From Candidatus Pacearchaeota archaeon CG10_big_fil_rev_8_21_14_0_10_31_59 (GTDB taxonomy: Archaea > Nanobdellota > Nanobdellia > Pacearchaeales > CG1-02-31-27), in contig PFCW01000002.1 of the NCBI GenBank assembly GCA_002763115.1, positions 131,703 to 195,702 on the forward strand: a DNA stretch of 64,000 bases. The letters run 5' to 3'. Shown here piece after piece: positions 7,906 through 16,899 of this stretch (within the stretch, counting starts at the first letter, position 1; every line of letters begins with the position of its first letter). The translations under genes and the position numbers were made by a program. The notes beneath the pieces are model-generated. The model saw nothing but the letters and a program-made list of their open reading frames with translations, was not told the DNA's origin and did no database searches.

Positions 7906-8642
7906 GGTTTTTCCCCTCTTATTTTAAAACGAAAGATTTAATAAGAGGTGTTTATTATTTTTATTATATGGTCTTTTGGCTTATTCATGGAAGAAGGGAT
8001 GTGAATAAATTTAAGAAGAAAGTTGAAAATACATTTCTAAATTTCAGAGATGATTTTGATAAAGTTTCTAATTGGATATCACATTTACACTCGAAAAATG
8101 GGGAAAATGAAAAAGAATTGTTAAAAATAAGGCATAGATTATCTAATCTTGAAGTAAATATGCAGGAAATTAAGAATGTTATGAATTATATTCTCGATAA
8201 TATTGAAAAATTGAGTGAAAATTATGAAAGTAAGGAGGTGTTTAAACAGCTATCTAAACAGGGGCAAACAGGTGTTTATAAACAAACAGGTGTTTATGCT
8301 GTCCAAACACCTGTCCAAACAGGTGTCCAAACACCCCTACAAACAAGTTTGGAGGATAAATTTTTCAAGAATTTAACAAAGAGTGAAAAAATATTGGTTG
8401 GAATTTTATTAAGTAATGATTTAAAATTAAGTTGTGAGGATCTTGCTGTGTTGATGAACAAAAATAAATCAACAATAAGAGGTTGGATCAATTCAATTAA
8501 AAAGAAAAGTGAAAGTTTGATAGTGGAAGTTATAGAGAACAGCGGGAAGAAGAGATATTATATTAATGAGGAAGCCAGAAGTCAGTTAAAAAAAGGAGTT
8601 TTGTTGGAGAAAAACACTAAAAAGCCAAAAAAGTTAAGATAA
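7899..8642 (+). CDS. coiled-coil + C-terminal winged-HTH protein with an internal Q-T-G-V/P repeat linker (likely true start ATG 7968)
   Basis: ORF-track start 7899 overlaps the palindromes. Met at 7968 is preceded by a TATA-like element. N-terminus KKKVENTFLNFRDDFDKV... is predicted coiled-coil. Linker QGQTGVYKQTGVYAVQTPVQTGVQTPLQTS. C-terminus LTKSEKILVGILLSNDLKLSCEDLAVLMNKNKSTIRGWINSIKKK is wHTH-like. Confidence 0.55.
   Translation: MFRFFPSYFKTKDLIRGVYYFYYMVFWLIHGRRDVNKFKKKVENTFLNFRDDFDKVSNWISHLHSKNGENEKELLKIRHRLSNLEVNMQEIKNVMNYILDNIEKLSENYESKEVFKQLSKQGQTGVYKQTGVYAVQTPVQTGVQTPLQTSLEDKFFKNLTKSEKILVGILLSNDLKLSCEDLAVLMNKNKSTIRGWINSIKKKSESLIVEVIENSGKKRYYINEEARSQLKKGVLLEKNTKKPKKLR
8236..8340. 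repeat. intragenic array of the promoter motif (AGGTGTTTA / TAAACACCT) including a 22-nt copy of the promoter segment
   Basis: 8238-8262 gtgtttaaacagctatctaaacagggg matches 7876-7899 cctgtttaaacagctataaacaggtg. Then caggtgtttataaac, caggtgtttatgc, and ACACCTGTccaaACAGGTGT (8-bp-arm inverted repeat). Confidence 0.6.
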
Positions 8643-9057
8643 AGAGAAGATAGATATATTCGGTTTAATAGACGAAAGTGTAGAATTGAGTAAGTGAGAG
8701 TTGATTTATAGTGTTTTTAGCTTAAATCAATGTATTTTAGTTTAATAGAAGGTTATTCGGTAATTTGATAAATATAGCAAAAGAGAAGAAAGTGAGAGTT
8801 AAAAACAGCTAAAATATTGGGAAAATGGGGTGATGATGTAAAAATTATTAAAAAAGAAGGAGAAGTGAGGGCCTATATTAAGGCAAAGTAACAGTCAAAA
8901 AAAGTGGAAAAATAGGTAATAGTGAGTTTATTCGGTGAGAGGAATAACTTACATGTGGAATTAAAACCTGGTTTTAAACGGCCTAAGATCCAATTTAATT
9001 TTTTTAAATTTTTTAAGATATAATAAATTGGCTTAAAAAAACTAAAATTCTTGTTTT

Positions 9058-9891
9058 TTATAAGTTATTCGTTTTTTCTAAATTATATTGTTCTTTGCTC
9101 TTTTCATTTAGTTGTTTTAGAATGGAATCGATTGTTATCAATTCCTTAAATCCTTTCTTGATTTTTAATAATATTTTCTGATTGTTTAATCTTTTTTTCT
9201 CGACGGGGATTCCTTTGTCTATCAATCTCGAGACATAATCCCTGATACTGCTTTGAGTGAGTTTGGACTCTTCTGCGAGCAGTTTGTAATCTACCGGGAT
9301 ATCTTTAGTTTGAAGATCATAGAGAATATAAAATATATTTAATTCCTGCTGCGTTAATTTTTTGAATGATTGTTCATATTTTTCCTTGATGCGATCCGTG
9401 ATTTTTGAAATATCGTCTTCCTGTATATTTTCCTTATTTGATTGAATTTTTTCTATTTTTGGTTGCTGGACTGTTGTCTGATTGTTGTCTGATTGTTGTC
9501 TGATTGCTGGAACCCCTTTGTTTCCTATGGAAATTGGCTTATTTTGACTAAATTCTTTTGTTTCTCGACTTATTCGGTTCGGCACTGTCGAAGTGTTTTT
9601 TTCCCCTATTTTCTTGTCTATATTATCTAATTTCCTCGAAATATCTCCGATATTGTTTAAAAATAGATTTTTAAACTCGAGAAATTCTTTTTCTAAAAAC
9701 GATTGCTTATCAAAAATAAAATTAAGATTTTCCTTGATTAAAGAATCTCTTTCTCTTTGATTCTCGATTATGTTGCATACAGAATCGACTAACTCAATAA
9801 ATTTTTCCTCCAGATTAACAATTCTGTCATTTAAGAAAGATATATCTTTCTTTACTTTCTCAAACGAATATTTGATTGCCTCTTCTTTCAT
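9058..9891 (-). CDS. coiled-coil + C-terminal winged-HTH protein, paralog of 7899-8642
   Basis: 277 aa. N-terminus FEKVKKDISFLNDRIVNLEEKF aligns with FKKKVENTFLNFRDDFDKV of the paralog. C-terminus LTQQELNIFYILYDLQTKDIPVDYKLLAEESKLTQSSIRDYVSRLIDKG aligns with its wHTH. Linker holds an 11-bp x3 tandem DNA repeat (9472-9512) encoding QQSDNNQTTVQQ. Confidence 0.55.
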   Translation of the reverse strand: MKEEAIKYSFEKVKKDISFLNDRIVNLEEKFIELVDSVCNIIENQRERDSLIKENLNFIFDKQSFLEKEFLEFKNLFLNNIGDISRKLDNIDKKIGEKNTSTVPNRISRETKEFSQNKPISIGNKGVPAIRQQSDNNQTTVQQPKIEKIQSNKENIQEDDISKITDRIKEKYEQSFKKLTQQELNIFYILYDLQTKDIPVDYKLLAEESKLTQSSIRDYVSRLIDKGIPVEKKRLNNQKILLKIKKGFKELITIDSILKQLNEKSKEQYNLEKTNNL

Positions 9892-9960
9892 TTTAATAGA
9901 AAAAAGTTTTTACTTAAATATATTCTTATTCTTGAAAGGATATATAAAAATTTGTATAAA

Positions 9961-10245
9961 TTAAGAACCACTTTTTTCTGCGAGCTTGGTGTAGGTTTCG
10001 TAAACATTGCTTTTCAGTCTCCAGGTCTGCCTTCTGAGATAATTCCCGCCGCGAGTGTTGTTGTTTATTAACACAACCAAGTTTTCCTTCTCCAGTTCAG
10101 TCATAATCTTTTTAATGAATTCCTCATCACGAGCAATTTCTTTTGCAATATAACTTGTGAACATTGCCTTTGGACTATTTTCATATAATACACTTAGGAT
10201 CATTTCTTTCACTTTTTTTATTTTTTCAGAACTTATTTTAGGCAT
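9961..10245 (-). CDS. small winged-HTH transcriptional regulator (MarR/TrmB/PadR-like)
   Basis: 94 aa. LSVLYENSPKAMFTSYIAKEIARDEEFIKKIMTELEKENLVVLINNN reads as helix-turn-helix plus wing. Divergently transcribed from Lhr. Confidence 0.5.
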   Translation of the reverse strand: MPKISSEKIKKVKEMILSVLYENSPKAMFTSYIAKEIARDEEFIKKIMTELEKENLVVLINNNTRGGNYLRRQTWRLKSNVYETYTKLAEKSGS

Positions 10246-10333
10246 GATAAATTAATAAGTCATATTATTAAAAGGTTTTCGGTTTAGCGAATTAAACAGA
10301 TAATTATTTAAGAATAATATTTCAATAAGCCAT

Positions 10334-12946
10334 ATGGAATATCTTACAAAAAAATCTTCGAAAGAAAATCTGATAGAAACTCTAGATCCTTTGGTTAAAG
10401 AATGGTTTTTTTCCAAATTCAGGGATTTTTCAGAGCCGCAATATTATGCTGTTGAACAGATACACAAACGAAAGAATATTTTGATTTCAGCTCCTACCGG
10501 AGGGACAAAAACTTTGACTGCGTTTCTTTCAATAATAAATTATCTTATAAAACTGGCTAAATCTGAACAGTTAGATGATAAAGTTTATTGTGTTTACATC
10601 TCGCCGTTAAAAGCCCTCAATAATGATATTTTTGTTAATCTAGAAATGCCTTTGAAAGAAATTTGTGAGATAGCTGAAAAAGAAAAAGTCAAACTTAAAA
10701 AAATAAGAGTTGAGGTCAGAACAGGGGATACAACAACACAAAAAAAGCAAAAGATGTTGAAGAATCCTCCGCATATTTTGATAACAACTCCCGAGAGTTT
10801 AGGGATAATATTGAACTCTGTAAAATTCAATGAATTGTTAAAACAGGTTGAATTTGTAATTGTTGATGAGATACATTCTTTGGCTGAGAATAAAAGAGGA
10901 ACTCATTTATCATTATCTATAGAAAGGTTGCAGGAACAGAACATTTTGGAATTTACAAGGATTGGGCTAAGCGCTACAATCTCTCCATTGGATGAAATAT
11001 CCAAGTATCTTGTCGGGATGAAAAATTATCATTTAAAGGAATTTAGAGAATGTTTAATTTGTGAAGTTTTATTTGACAAAAAAATAGAATTGAGCCTGAA
11101 AAAACCTGTTAAGGATTTTATTGAAACAGATGCAGATACAATTTCAAAAGAGCTGTATGATTTATTGGATGATCTGATACAAAAACATAAGACTACCTTA
11201 ATTTTTACAAACACAAGATCTGCTACAGAACGAGTTGTAAGCCATTTAAAGGAAAGATTTCCGCAGAAATATGAAAATTTGATTGGAGCCCATCACTCTT
11301 CATTGAGCAAAAGCCATAGGTTTGAGATAGAGTCCAAGTTAAGAGAAGGAAAATTAAAAGTTGTTGTATGCTCTACTTCTTTAGAGTTAGGTATAGATAT
11401 CGGTAACATAGACCTGGTTATTTTACTGACAAGCCCAAAAAGCGTTGCGAGAGCCATACAGAGAATTGGAAGAGCCGGGCATAGATTACATGAAACTGCA
11501 CGAGGTTGTTTTATTGTGATGGATTATGATGATGCAGTGGAGTGTGCTATCATGGTAAAAAACATTATTGAAAGAAAGATAGACAGAATTAAAATACCAA
11601 AAAATTGTTTGGATGTTTTAAGCCAGCAGATTTATGGAATGGCTATTGCTAAGGTTTGGAATATTGATGAGATGTATAATACCATCAAAAGAAGTTATAC
11701 GTTCTCTGAGCTATCAAAATCTGATTTTTTAAGTGTCATAAGTTATTTAGCTGGAAAATATTATGGTTTGGAGGAAAGAAGTGTTTATGCAAAAATATGG
11801 TATGATGAAAAAGAAAAGACAATTGGTAAAAGGGGAAAACTGGCCAGGATGATTTACATGATGAATATAGGAACTATCCCTGAAGAAAGTTTTGTTGAGG
11901 TTGTTGCCGCATCCCCGTATGAAAAAAGAGGGGAGAAAATCGGACAGCTGGACGAGTCTTTCCTGGAGAGATTGAAAAAAGGAGATGTTTTTGTTCTAGG
12001 GGGAAGCAAATATGAATTTTTGTATTCCAGAGGCATGAAAGTTTACGTTAATGCTTCTGTCAAAAGAGCACCGACAATACCTTCCTGGTTTTCTGAACAG
12101 CTCCCGTTATCTTTTGATACTGCTTTGTCAATACAGGAATTCAGAAAAATTATGGCAAATATGATAGACAAGGATGAAAAGAAAAAAGTCATAGAATTTT
12201 TAAAGGAATATCTTTATACAAATCAGGAAATAGCGGAATTGATTTATAATTATTTTAAAATCCAGGCAGATTTTTGCGAGATTCCGCACCTAAACAAAAT
12301 TCTTATAGAACATTACACCCAGAATGACGGAAAACATTTTATTTTTTTCCATACTTTGTTTGGAAGAAAGGTAAATGATGTGTTAAGCAGAGCCATCGCT
12401 TATTTAACCGGGATAAAATCAAAGAGCAATATTGAAATTGGAATCAATGATAATGGGTTTTTTATTGCAAGCTGTCATAAAATAAATATAGACCAAATTT
12501 TAAATATTGTTCAGAACGAAGATTTGGAGAAAATACTGAAAGAGGCTTTGGAGAAAACCGAGGTTTTTAACAGAAGATTCAGGCATTGTGCTTCACGCTC
12601 ATTGATGATTATAAGGAATTATAAGGGGAGAGCAAAAAGTGTTGGTAAACAGCAGATGAAATCCGGATTTTTGCTTGGAGCAGTAAGAAAAATCTCTTCA
12701 GATTTTCCGATTTTGAGAGAGACCAGGAGAGAGATTTTGGAAGATGTTATGGATATGGAAAATGCAAAAAAAGTTATAAGCTGGATTAAGGAAGGGAAAA
12801 TTAAATTAAAAGTAGTTCATACCAAAGTTCCTTCCCCGTTCACCCATAAAATTTTGACAGATAGCTATGTCGACCTTGTAAAAGTCCAGTCGAAAATAGA
12901 ATTTTTAAAAAGGATGTACGATAAAATAAAAAATGAAATTAAATGA
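10334..12946 (+). CDS. lhr: Lhr-core-type DEAD/DEAH-box ATP-dependent DNA helicase
   Basis: 870 aa. Motif I APTGGTKT, motif II VDEIH, motif VI QRIGRAGHR. Long C-terminal Lhr-type domain (~450 aa) after the two RecA domains. Stop TGA overlaps the downstream MPE start. Confidence 0.85.
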   Translation: MEYLTKKSSKENLIETLDPLVKEWFFSKFRDFSEPQYYAVEQIHKRKNILISAPTGGTKTLTAFLSIINYLIKLAKSEQLDDKVYCVYISPLKALNNDIFVNLEMPLKEICEIAEKEKVKLKKIRVEVRTGDTTTQKKQKMLKNPPHILITTPESLGIILNSVKFNELLKQVEFVIVDEIHSLAENKRGTHLSLSIERLQEQNILEFTRIGLSATISPLDEISKYLVGMKNYHLKEFRECLICEVLFDKKIELSLKKPVKDFIETDADTISKELYDLLDDLIQKHKTTLIFTNTRSATERVVSHLKERFPQKYENLIGAHHSSLSKSHRFEIESKLREGKLKVVVCSTSLELGIDIGNIDLVILLTSPKSVARAIQRIGRAGHRLHETARGCFIVMDYDDAVECAIMVKNIIERKIDRIKIPKNCLDVLSQQIYGMAIAKVWNIDEMYNTIKRSYTFSELSKSDFLSVISYLAGKYYGLEERSVYAKIWYDEKEKTIGKRGKLARMIYMMNIGTIPEESFVEVVAASPYEKRGEKIGQLDESFLERLKKGDVFVLGGSKYEFLYSRGMKVYVNASVKRAPTIPSWFSEQLPLSFDTALSIQEFRKIMANMIDKDEKKKVIEFLKEYLYTNQEIAELIYNYFKIQADFCEIPHLNKILIEHYTQNDGKHFIFFHTLFGRKVNDVLSRAIAYLTGIKSKSNIEIGINDNGFFIASCHKINIDQILNIVQNEDLEKILKEALEKTEVFNRRFRHCASRSLMIIRNYKGRAKSVGKQQMKSGFLLGAVRKISSDFPILRETRREILEDVMDMENAKKVISWIKEGKIKLKVVHTKVPSPFTHKILTDSYVDLVKVQSKIEFLKRMYDKIKNEIK

Positions 12947-13682
12947 AGATATTGAATTCATAGAAAAAGCGATATTTTTGCCAAAATATAAAACTATAAT
13001 CATAGCGGATCTGCATATTGGCTATGAAGAAGCAGTTTCAAATATGTTTAATATTCCTTTAAAAGAATTTGACAAGATATTTGAGGAAATTAAACTGATA
13101 ACAAAAAAATTGAAACCTGAAAGAATAATCATAAACGGGGATATAAAGCATGAATTTGGCAAGATAAATAAAGAGGAATGGAATAGGGTTTTAGAACTTT
13201 TGGAGTTTTTGAAGGAAGAGGTAAAGGAGATTGTAATTATAGAAGGCAATCATGACAAAGTTCTTAAAAAAATTATCAGAAAAGTCAAGGAGATAAAATT
13301 TGAAAATAAATACATAATCGGGAACATCTTGATTGCGCATGGAGATAAGATTGTCAGTATTGATAAAACCCAAGAAAATCGGGGATTTTCTAGGCCCCGA
13401 AAACAAAAGTTTTCTAGGGAGATAAAAACAATAATAATCGGGCATGAACATCCTGCAGTAAGCATAGGAAATGGAATTGACAAAGAAAAATTCAAATGTT
13501 TCCTGGTTGGAAATTTTAAGGGAAAGGAGTTGATTGTTATGCCGTCTTTTTTCAGCATAAACGAGGGAACTGATCTCACAAGAGAAAAGACAATAAGCCC
13601 TTTTTTAAAAAATATTAGTAATTTTGATGTTTACGTTGTTGAAGACAAGATTTATCATTTAGGTAAAATTAAAAATCTTTAA
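12933..13682 (+). CDS. Lhr-associated metallophosphoesterase (MPE, calcineurin-like)
   Basis: 249 aa. Metallophosphatase motifs IIADLHIG (DxH), INGDIKHE (GDxxD-like), IEGNHD (GNH[DE]), GHEH. Start overlaps the lhr stop by 14 nt, consistent with an operon. Confidence 0.8.
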   Translation: MKLNEDIEFIEKAIFLPKYKTIIIADLHIGYEEAVSNMFNIPLKEFDKIFEEIKLITKKLKPERIIINGDIKHEFGKINKEEWNRVLELLEFLKEEVKEIVIIEGNHDKVLKKIIRKVKEIKFENKYIIGNILIAHGDKIVSIDKTQENRGFSRPRKQKFSREIKTIIIGHEHPAVSIGNGIDKEKFKCFLVGNFKGKELIVMPSFFSINEGTDLTREKTISPFLKNISNFDVYVVEDKIYHLGKIKNL

Positions 13683-13698
13683 TTCTTAGATAATTTAA

Positions 13699-13854
13699 GC
13701 CAGGATGCCAGAATGGTAATGGGTCAGTCTCGAACGACGCCTACCCTTTCTAGAAGAAAGGCTTGGCACACCCAAAGACTACGTACGATAATTTTTGGAA
13801 AAAGAGATAACTGATGTCTTCACAGACTCGGAGGTTCGAATCCTCCTCCTGGCG
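13699..13854 (+). tRNA. tRNA-Ser(CGA) with a ~74-nt intron at canonical 37/38 (intron ~13735-13808); class II with long variable arm
   Basis: Acceptor GCCAGGA / TCCTGGC with discriminator G. D-arm CCAG-AAUGGUA-AUGG. Anticodon stem UCAGU ... ACUGA. Loop CU-CGA-A|A. Variable arm UGUCUUCACAGACUC (hairpin GUCU/AGAC). T-arm GGAGG-UUCGAAU-CCUCC. Hand-folded, so exact intron borders are uncertain. Confidence 0.55.
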
Positions 13855-14071
13855 TTTAAAACTCATCATTAATTACTTCTTTTATAAAACCCAAATTTTC
13901 AAAAGAATCTGCCTGTTTTTCATTATCGGGATTAAAAACATCATTTTCCAAATAGCCCAAACTCTGCAATACAATCTCTCCCCTTCTTGTTACAATAAAT
14001 TTCCTTTCCATTATTCAAAATAAATGTGAACAAAGAAAATAAATTAGAATTAATAGTTTAAAAACCTAACG

Positions 14072-14518
14072 TTACTTCTTTTCTTTCTTTTTTTCTTCCT
14101 TGGTTTCTTCTTTTGTTGATTCTCTCAATAAAGGCATGGGAATATGCGTCGGCAAATTCAACTCTTCTTCCAATTCCAGCGCTTTTATGTTGCATTTAGA
14201 AAAAATTATGTTATAGATAAAAGTCCTTATTTTATCGCTTAATTTTTTTTCTTTTTCCCAAGTTTTTAATATCTCATCAGCTTCTTTTTTGCTTAACATT
14301 GCTAATATAACTCCCTCAATTTCAATTTTTCCATTTTCGCCAGTACATTCAACACTAAATTCAAAATGAAAGCCGAGAACATTAGCATCCTCTTTTACAT
14401 CAAAATCTATTTTTTTAACATTTTTCATAGAAAGGTTTACCTTCATGTCAAAATTTCTATCTAAAAATTCCTTTCTTTTCCCTTTTATTTCCAATAAATT
14501 AAAACCAACTATTTGCAT
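14072..14518 (-). CDS. hypothetical protein with K/E-rich C-terminal tail
   Basis: 148 aa. No recognisable motif. Ends EETKEEKKKEKK. Confidence 0.4.
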   Translation of the reverse strand: MQIVGFNLLEIKGKRKEFLDRNFDMKVNLSMKNVKKIDFDVKEDANVLGFHFEFSVECTGENGKIEIEGVILAMLSKKEADEILKTWEKEKKLSDKIRTFIYNIIFSKCNIKALELEEELNLPTHIPMPLLRESTKEETKEEKKKEKK

Positions 14519-14664
14519 TTTATAATCTCGTATTTTATGTTTTTAAAGTTAATTGTTATACTAAAAACAGAGATATTCACTAAAATTTAAAAAGTATAAT
14601 TCTCTGTTTTGGTGTGTTTAAAATTGCAAAATCATAATATTGGAATTTGAGGTGGCAATTTTAA

Positions 14665-16527
14665 TCATTTAATATTTAATTTTCTTTTTAAGTTAGTTTT
14701 ACCCTGCCAGGATAGGGCATATTTAAGAACATCCTGGATTGTTTTTGCCTCAATTATTTTAACGTTTTTCAAATTTTCCTTGCTTAAATTTAAATCCTTG
14801 AAATTTGCTTGCGGTATAATTATCTCGTTTATTCCTGCTTCTAATGCTGCTTCTATTTTTTGATTGACGCCACCAACTGCCAAGACTTCTCCATGAACTG
14901 ACAAACTCCCAGTCATCGCAATATTTTGTTTTATCGGAACTTTCATTAAAGAGGAGATTATTGCTGTAGCGACAGCTATTGATGCACTGTCACCTTCTAC
15001 ACCTTCATAAGTCTGCAAAAATTGGACATAAATGTTTTTCTTCTCGATAATATTCAAACCAAAATATTTCATAATCAATGCAGAAACATTTTGAATGGCT
15101 TCTTTCGCAATCTCACCTAATTTTCCAGTCGCAATGAATTCTGTTTTTTTTCCTCCAGGAGTTATTGTTGCTTCTATTGGAAGAACAATCCCGGAATAAG
15201 AATCTTTGGAACCAATAACAGCCAGTCCATTGACTCTGCCTACTTTTTCACCTTTAGTTATTATTATCTGATACTCCTTTTTCTTTTCAATATATTGTTC
15301 AGCAATCTGTTTTTCCAAACTTCTTGCTAATTTTTTAGCGTTTAAAATATGTTTTGGTTCAACTAATTTTGATTTTTCTTCACTGGCTAAGTCTCCTGCA
15401 GCCCTTACCAAACCTCCAAGCTCCCTTAATTTCAAAGTTAATTTTCCGGAAGTTCCAGCCATTAACTGCGCTTCTCTAATAATTAAATCAACTGCATCCT
15501 TGCTAAAATGAGGAATTTTTTTGTCTTTCTCAACTTCTTGCGCTACAAACTGCGCTATTTTGTATCTGTTTTCCTCGTTATCTTCCATCTCTGTATTCAT
15601 ATAAACTTCATAACCATAACCCCTGATTCTGTTTCTCAGTGCTGGATTTATAATTCTTAATGTTTCCAAATTTCCTGCTGCAACTAAAATAAAATCACAT
15701 GGAACAGGTTCTGTTTGAACCATTGCTCCGGAAGATCTTTCACTTCTTCCTGTTATTGTTAATTTTTTTTCCTGCATTGCGGTCAAAAGACCTTGTTGTG
15801 ATTCGTTGTTAAGCAAACCTATCTCGTCAACAAATAAAACTCCTTTATGTGCCTTATGAATGGCTCCAGGAACTATTCTTTGGTATGCTGGAGTTCCAAA
15901 ACCGCCGGATTGCAAAGGATCATGCAAAACATCCCCTAATAAAGCCCCCTCTTTGCTTCCAGTAGCATCAATAAATGGTGGTTTTTTCTGGGTTGAATTA
16001 TCAACTAGTATTTTAGGTAAATTTTGTTTCATTAATTTTGTCTTTTTATTTAAAGCAAGAAATATTGCAAATATGGCTACGATAAACATCGAGCCAATTA
16101 ATGACGCTGCTCCCATAATATCTCCGTATTTTTGTCTTATCCACCACGGACTTAAAATAGCTAATATAAAGATTCCAAACAGTAAAATATTCTGAAAACT
16201 GAAAAAGCTTTCAGATGATAATTTTATCTTATCGATAAAATCCCTTCCTTTTCCGGAGGGGAAAGTTTTTATTATTGGAGAATTTTCATCTTTTGGGTTG
16301 TTTAGCGAAATTACATCTTCCAATGGTTCTTTTTCGAGCATCTCACTCAAACCCTGACCAAGCATACTTTTTCCAGTTCCTGGCTCTCCTATCAATAAAA
16401 CATTTCTTTTCTGTTTAGCTGCTTTTTTTATCAGATTTAAAGCTAAATCCTGTCCGATTATCCTGTCAGAAATTTTATCGCTTACTGTGATATCCTTTGT
16501 TGAGTTATAATTAAATTTATCTTTCAT
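14665..16527 (-). CDS. lonB: archaeal membrane-bound Lon protease (LonB)
   Basis: 620 aa. Walker [13 protein letters not shown]. Two TM helices inserted in the AAA+ domain ([16 protein letters not shown]...[13 protein letters not shown]). C-terminal S16 protease domain with [16 protein letters not shown] (catalytic Ser) and ...KIEAALEAG (Lys). Confidence 0.9.
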   Translation of the reverse strand: MKDKFNYNSTKDITVSDKISDRIIGQDLALNLIKKAAKQKRNVLLIGEPGTGKSMLGQGLSEMLEKEPLEDVISLNNPKDENSPIIKTFPSGKGRDFIDKIKLSSESFFSFQNILLFGIFILAILSPWWIRQKYGDIMGAASLIGSMFIVAIFAIFLALNKKTKLMKQNLPKILVDNSTQKKPPFIDATGSKEGALLGDVLHDPLQSGGFGTPAYQRIVPGAIHKAHKGVLFVDEIGLLNNESQQGLLTAMQEKKLTITGRSERSSGAMVQTEPVPCDFILVAAGNLETLRIINPALRNRIRGYGYEVYMNTEMEDNEENRYKIAQFVAQEVEKDKKIPHFSKDAVDLIIREAQLMAGTSGKLTLKLRELGGLVRAAGDLASEEKSKLVEPKHILNAKKLARSLEKQIAEQYIEKKKEYQIIITKGEKVGRVNGLAVIGSKDSYSGIVLPIEATITPGGKKTEFIATGKLGEIAKEAIQNVSALIMKYFGLNIIEKKNIYVQFLQTYEGVEGDSASIAVATAIISSLMKVPIKQNIAMTGSLSVHGEVLAVGGVNQKIEAALEAGINEIIIPQANFKDLNLSKENLKNVKIIEAKTIQDVLKYALSWQGKTNLKRKLNIK

Positions 16528-16578
16528 TTTATTTTATAAGAAAAAAGAAGGTTGTTTAAAAAAAGTATTGAATTAAAA

Positions 16579-16833
16579 TTAAACAATATCTTCCTCACTG
16601 ACAACAACAAAATCTCCAACAGCTATTATAGAGTTGAATGGGATAGTTATATCCTTTCCCTTGTCCAAACCCAAATTTACTGTATAAGGTGTTGGATTAG
16701 TTAATAATAGCTGAATTAATTCTCCTGTTTTGGTTTCGAAAGAAATATCTTTTACAAGACCAAGCCTTCGACCTTCTTTCGTCACAACTGTTTTACCAAT
16801 GAATTCTCTATAAGGTTTTTTCTCAATTGCCAT
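16579..16833 (-). CDS. PRC-barrel domain protein
   Basis: 84 aa. FIGKTVVTKEGRRLGLVKDISFETKTGELIQLL...IIAVGDFVVVSEE is typical of small archaeal PRC-barrel proteins. Confidence 0.55.
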   Translation of the reverse strand: MAIEKKPYREFIGKTVVTKEGRRLGLVKDISFETKTGELIQLLLTNPTPYTVNLGLDKGKDITIPFNSIIAVGDFVVVSEEDIV

Positions 16834-16899
16834 GCATATTTTTTGTGTTACATTATTTATAAAGTTTTCTATAGTATCTTACTAATAATTAAATTAGGA

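Noticed and set aside
8236-8340. Possible CRISPR-like repeat array (reiterated ~12-18-bp units).
   Set aside because: Units are irregular in length and spacing, lie inside an intact reading frame, and have no unique spacers or cas genes nearby.
13814-14023. ORF-track entry (+) 69 aa.
   Set aside because: It overlaps the 3' half of the intron-containing tRNA-Ser, has skewed composition, and is judged spurious.
14571-14618. 10-bp-arm hairpin aaaacagaga...tctctgtttt between lonB and the downstream gene.
   Set aside because: Most likely an ordinary intergenic terminator or promoter-region hairpin. Nothing further supports a functional element.
15860-16195. Antisense ORFs inside large genes (for example 15860-16195 in lonB, 23364-23879 in DP2, 18396-18806 in DP1, 41084-41479, 44555-45007, 53088-53715).
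   Set aside because: They sit wholly inside strongly supported genes on the opposite strand. This is the typical AT-rich antisense-ORF artefact.
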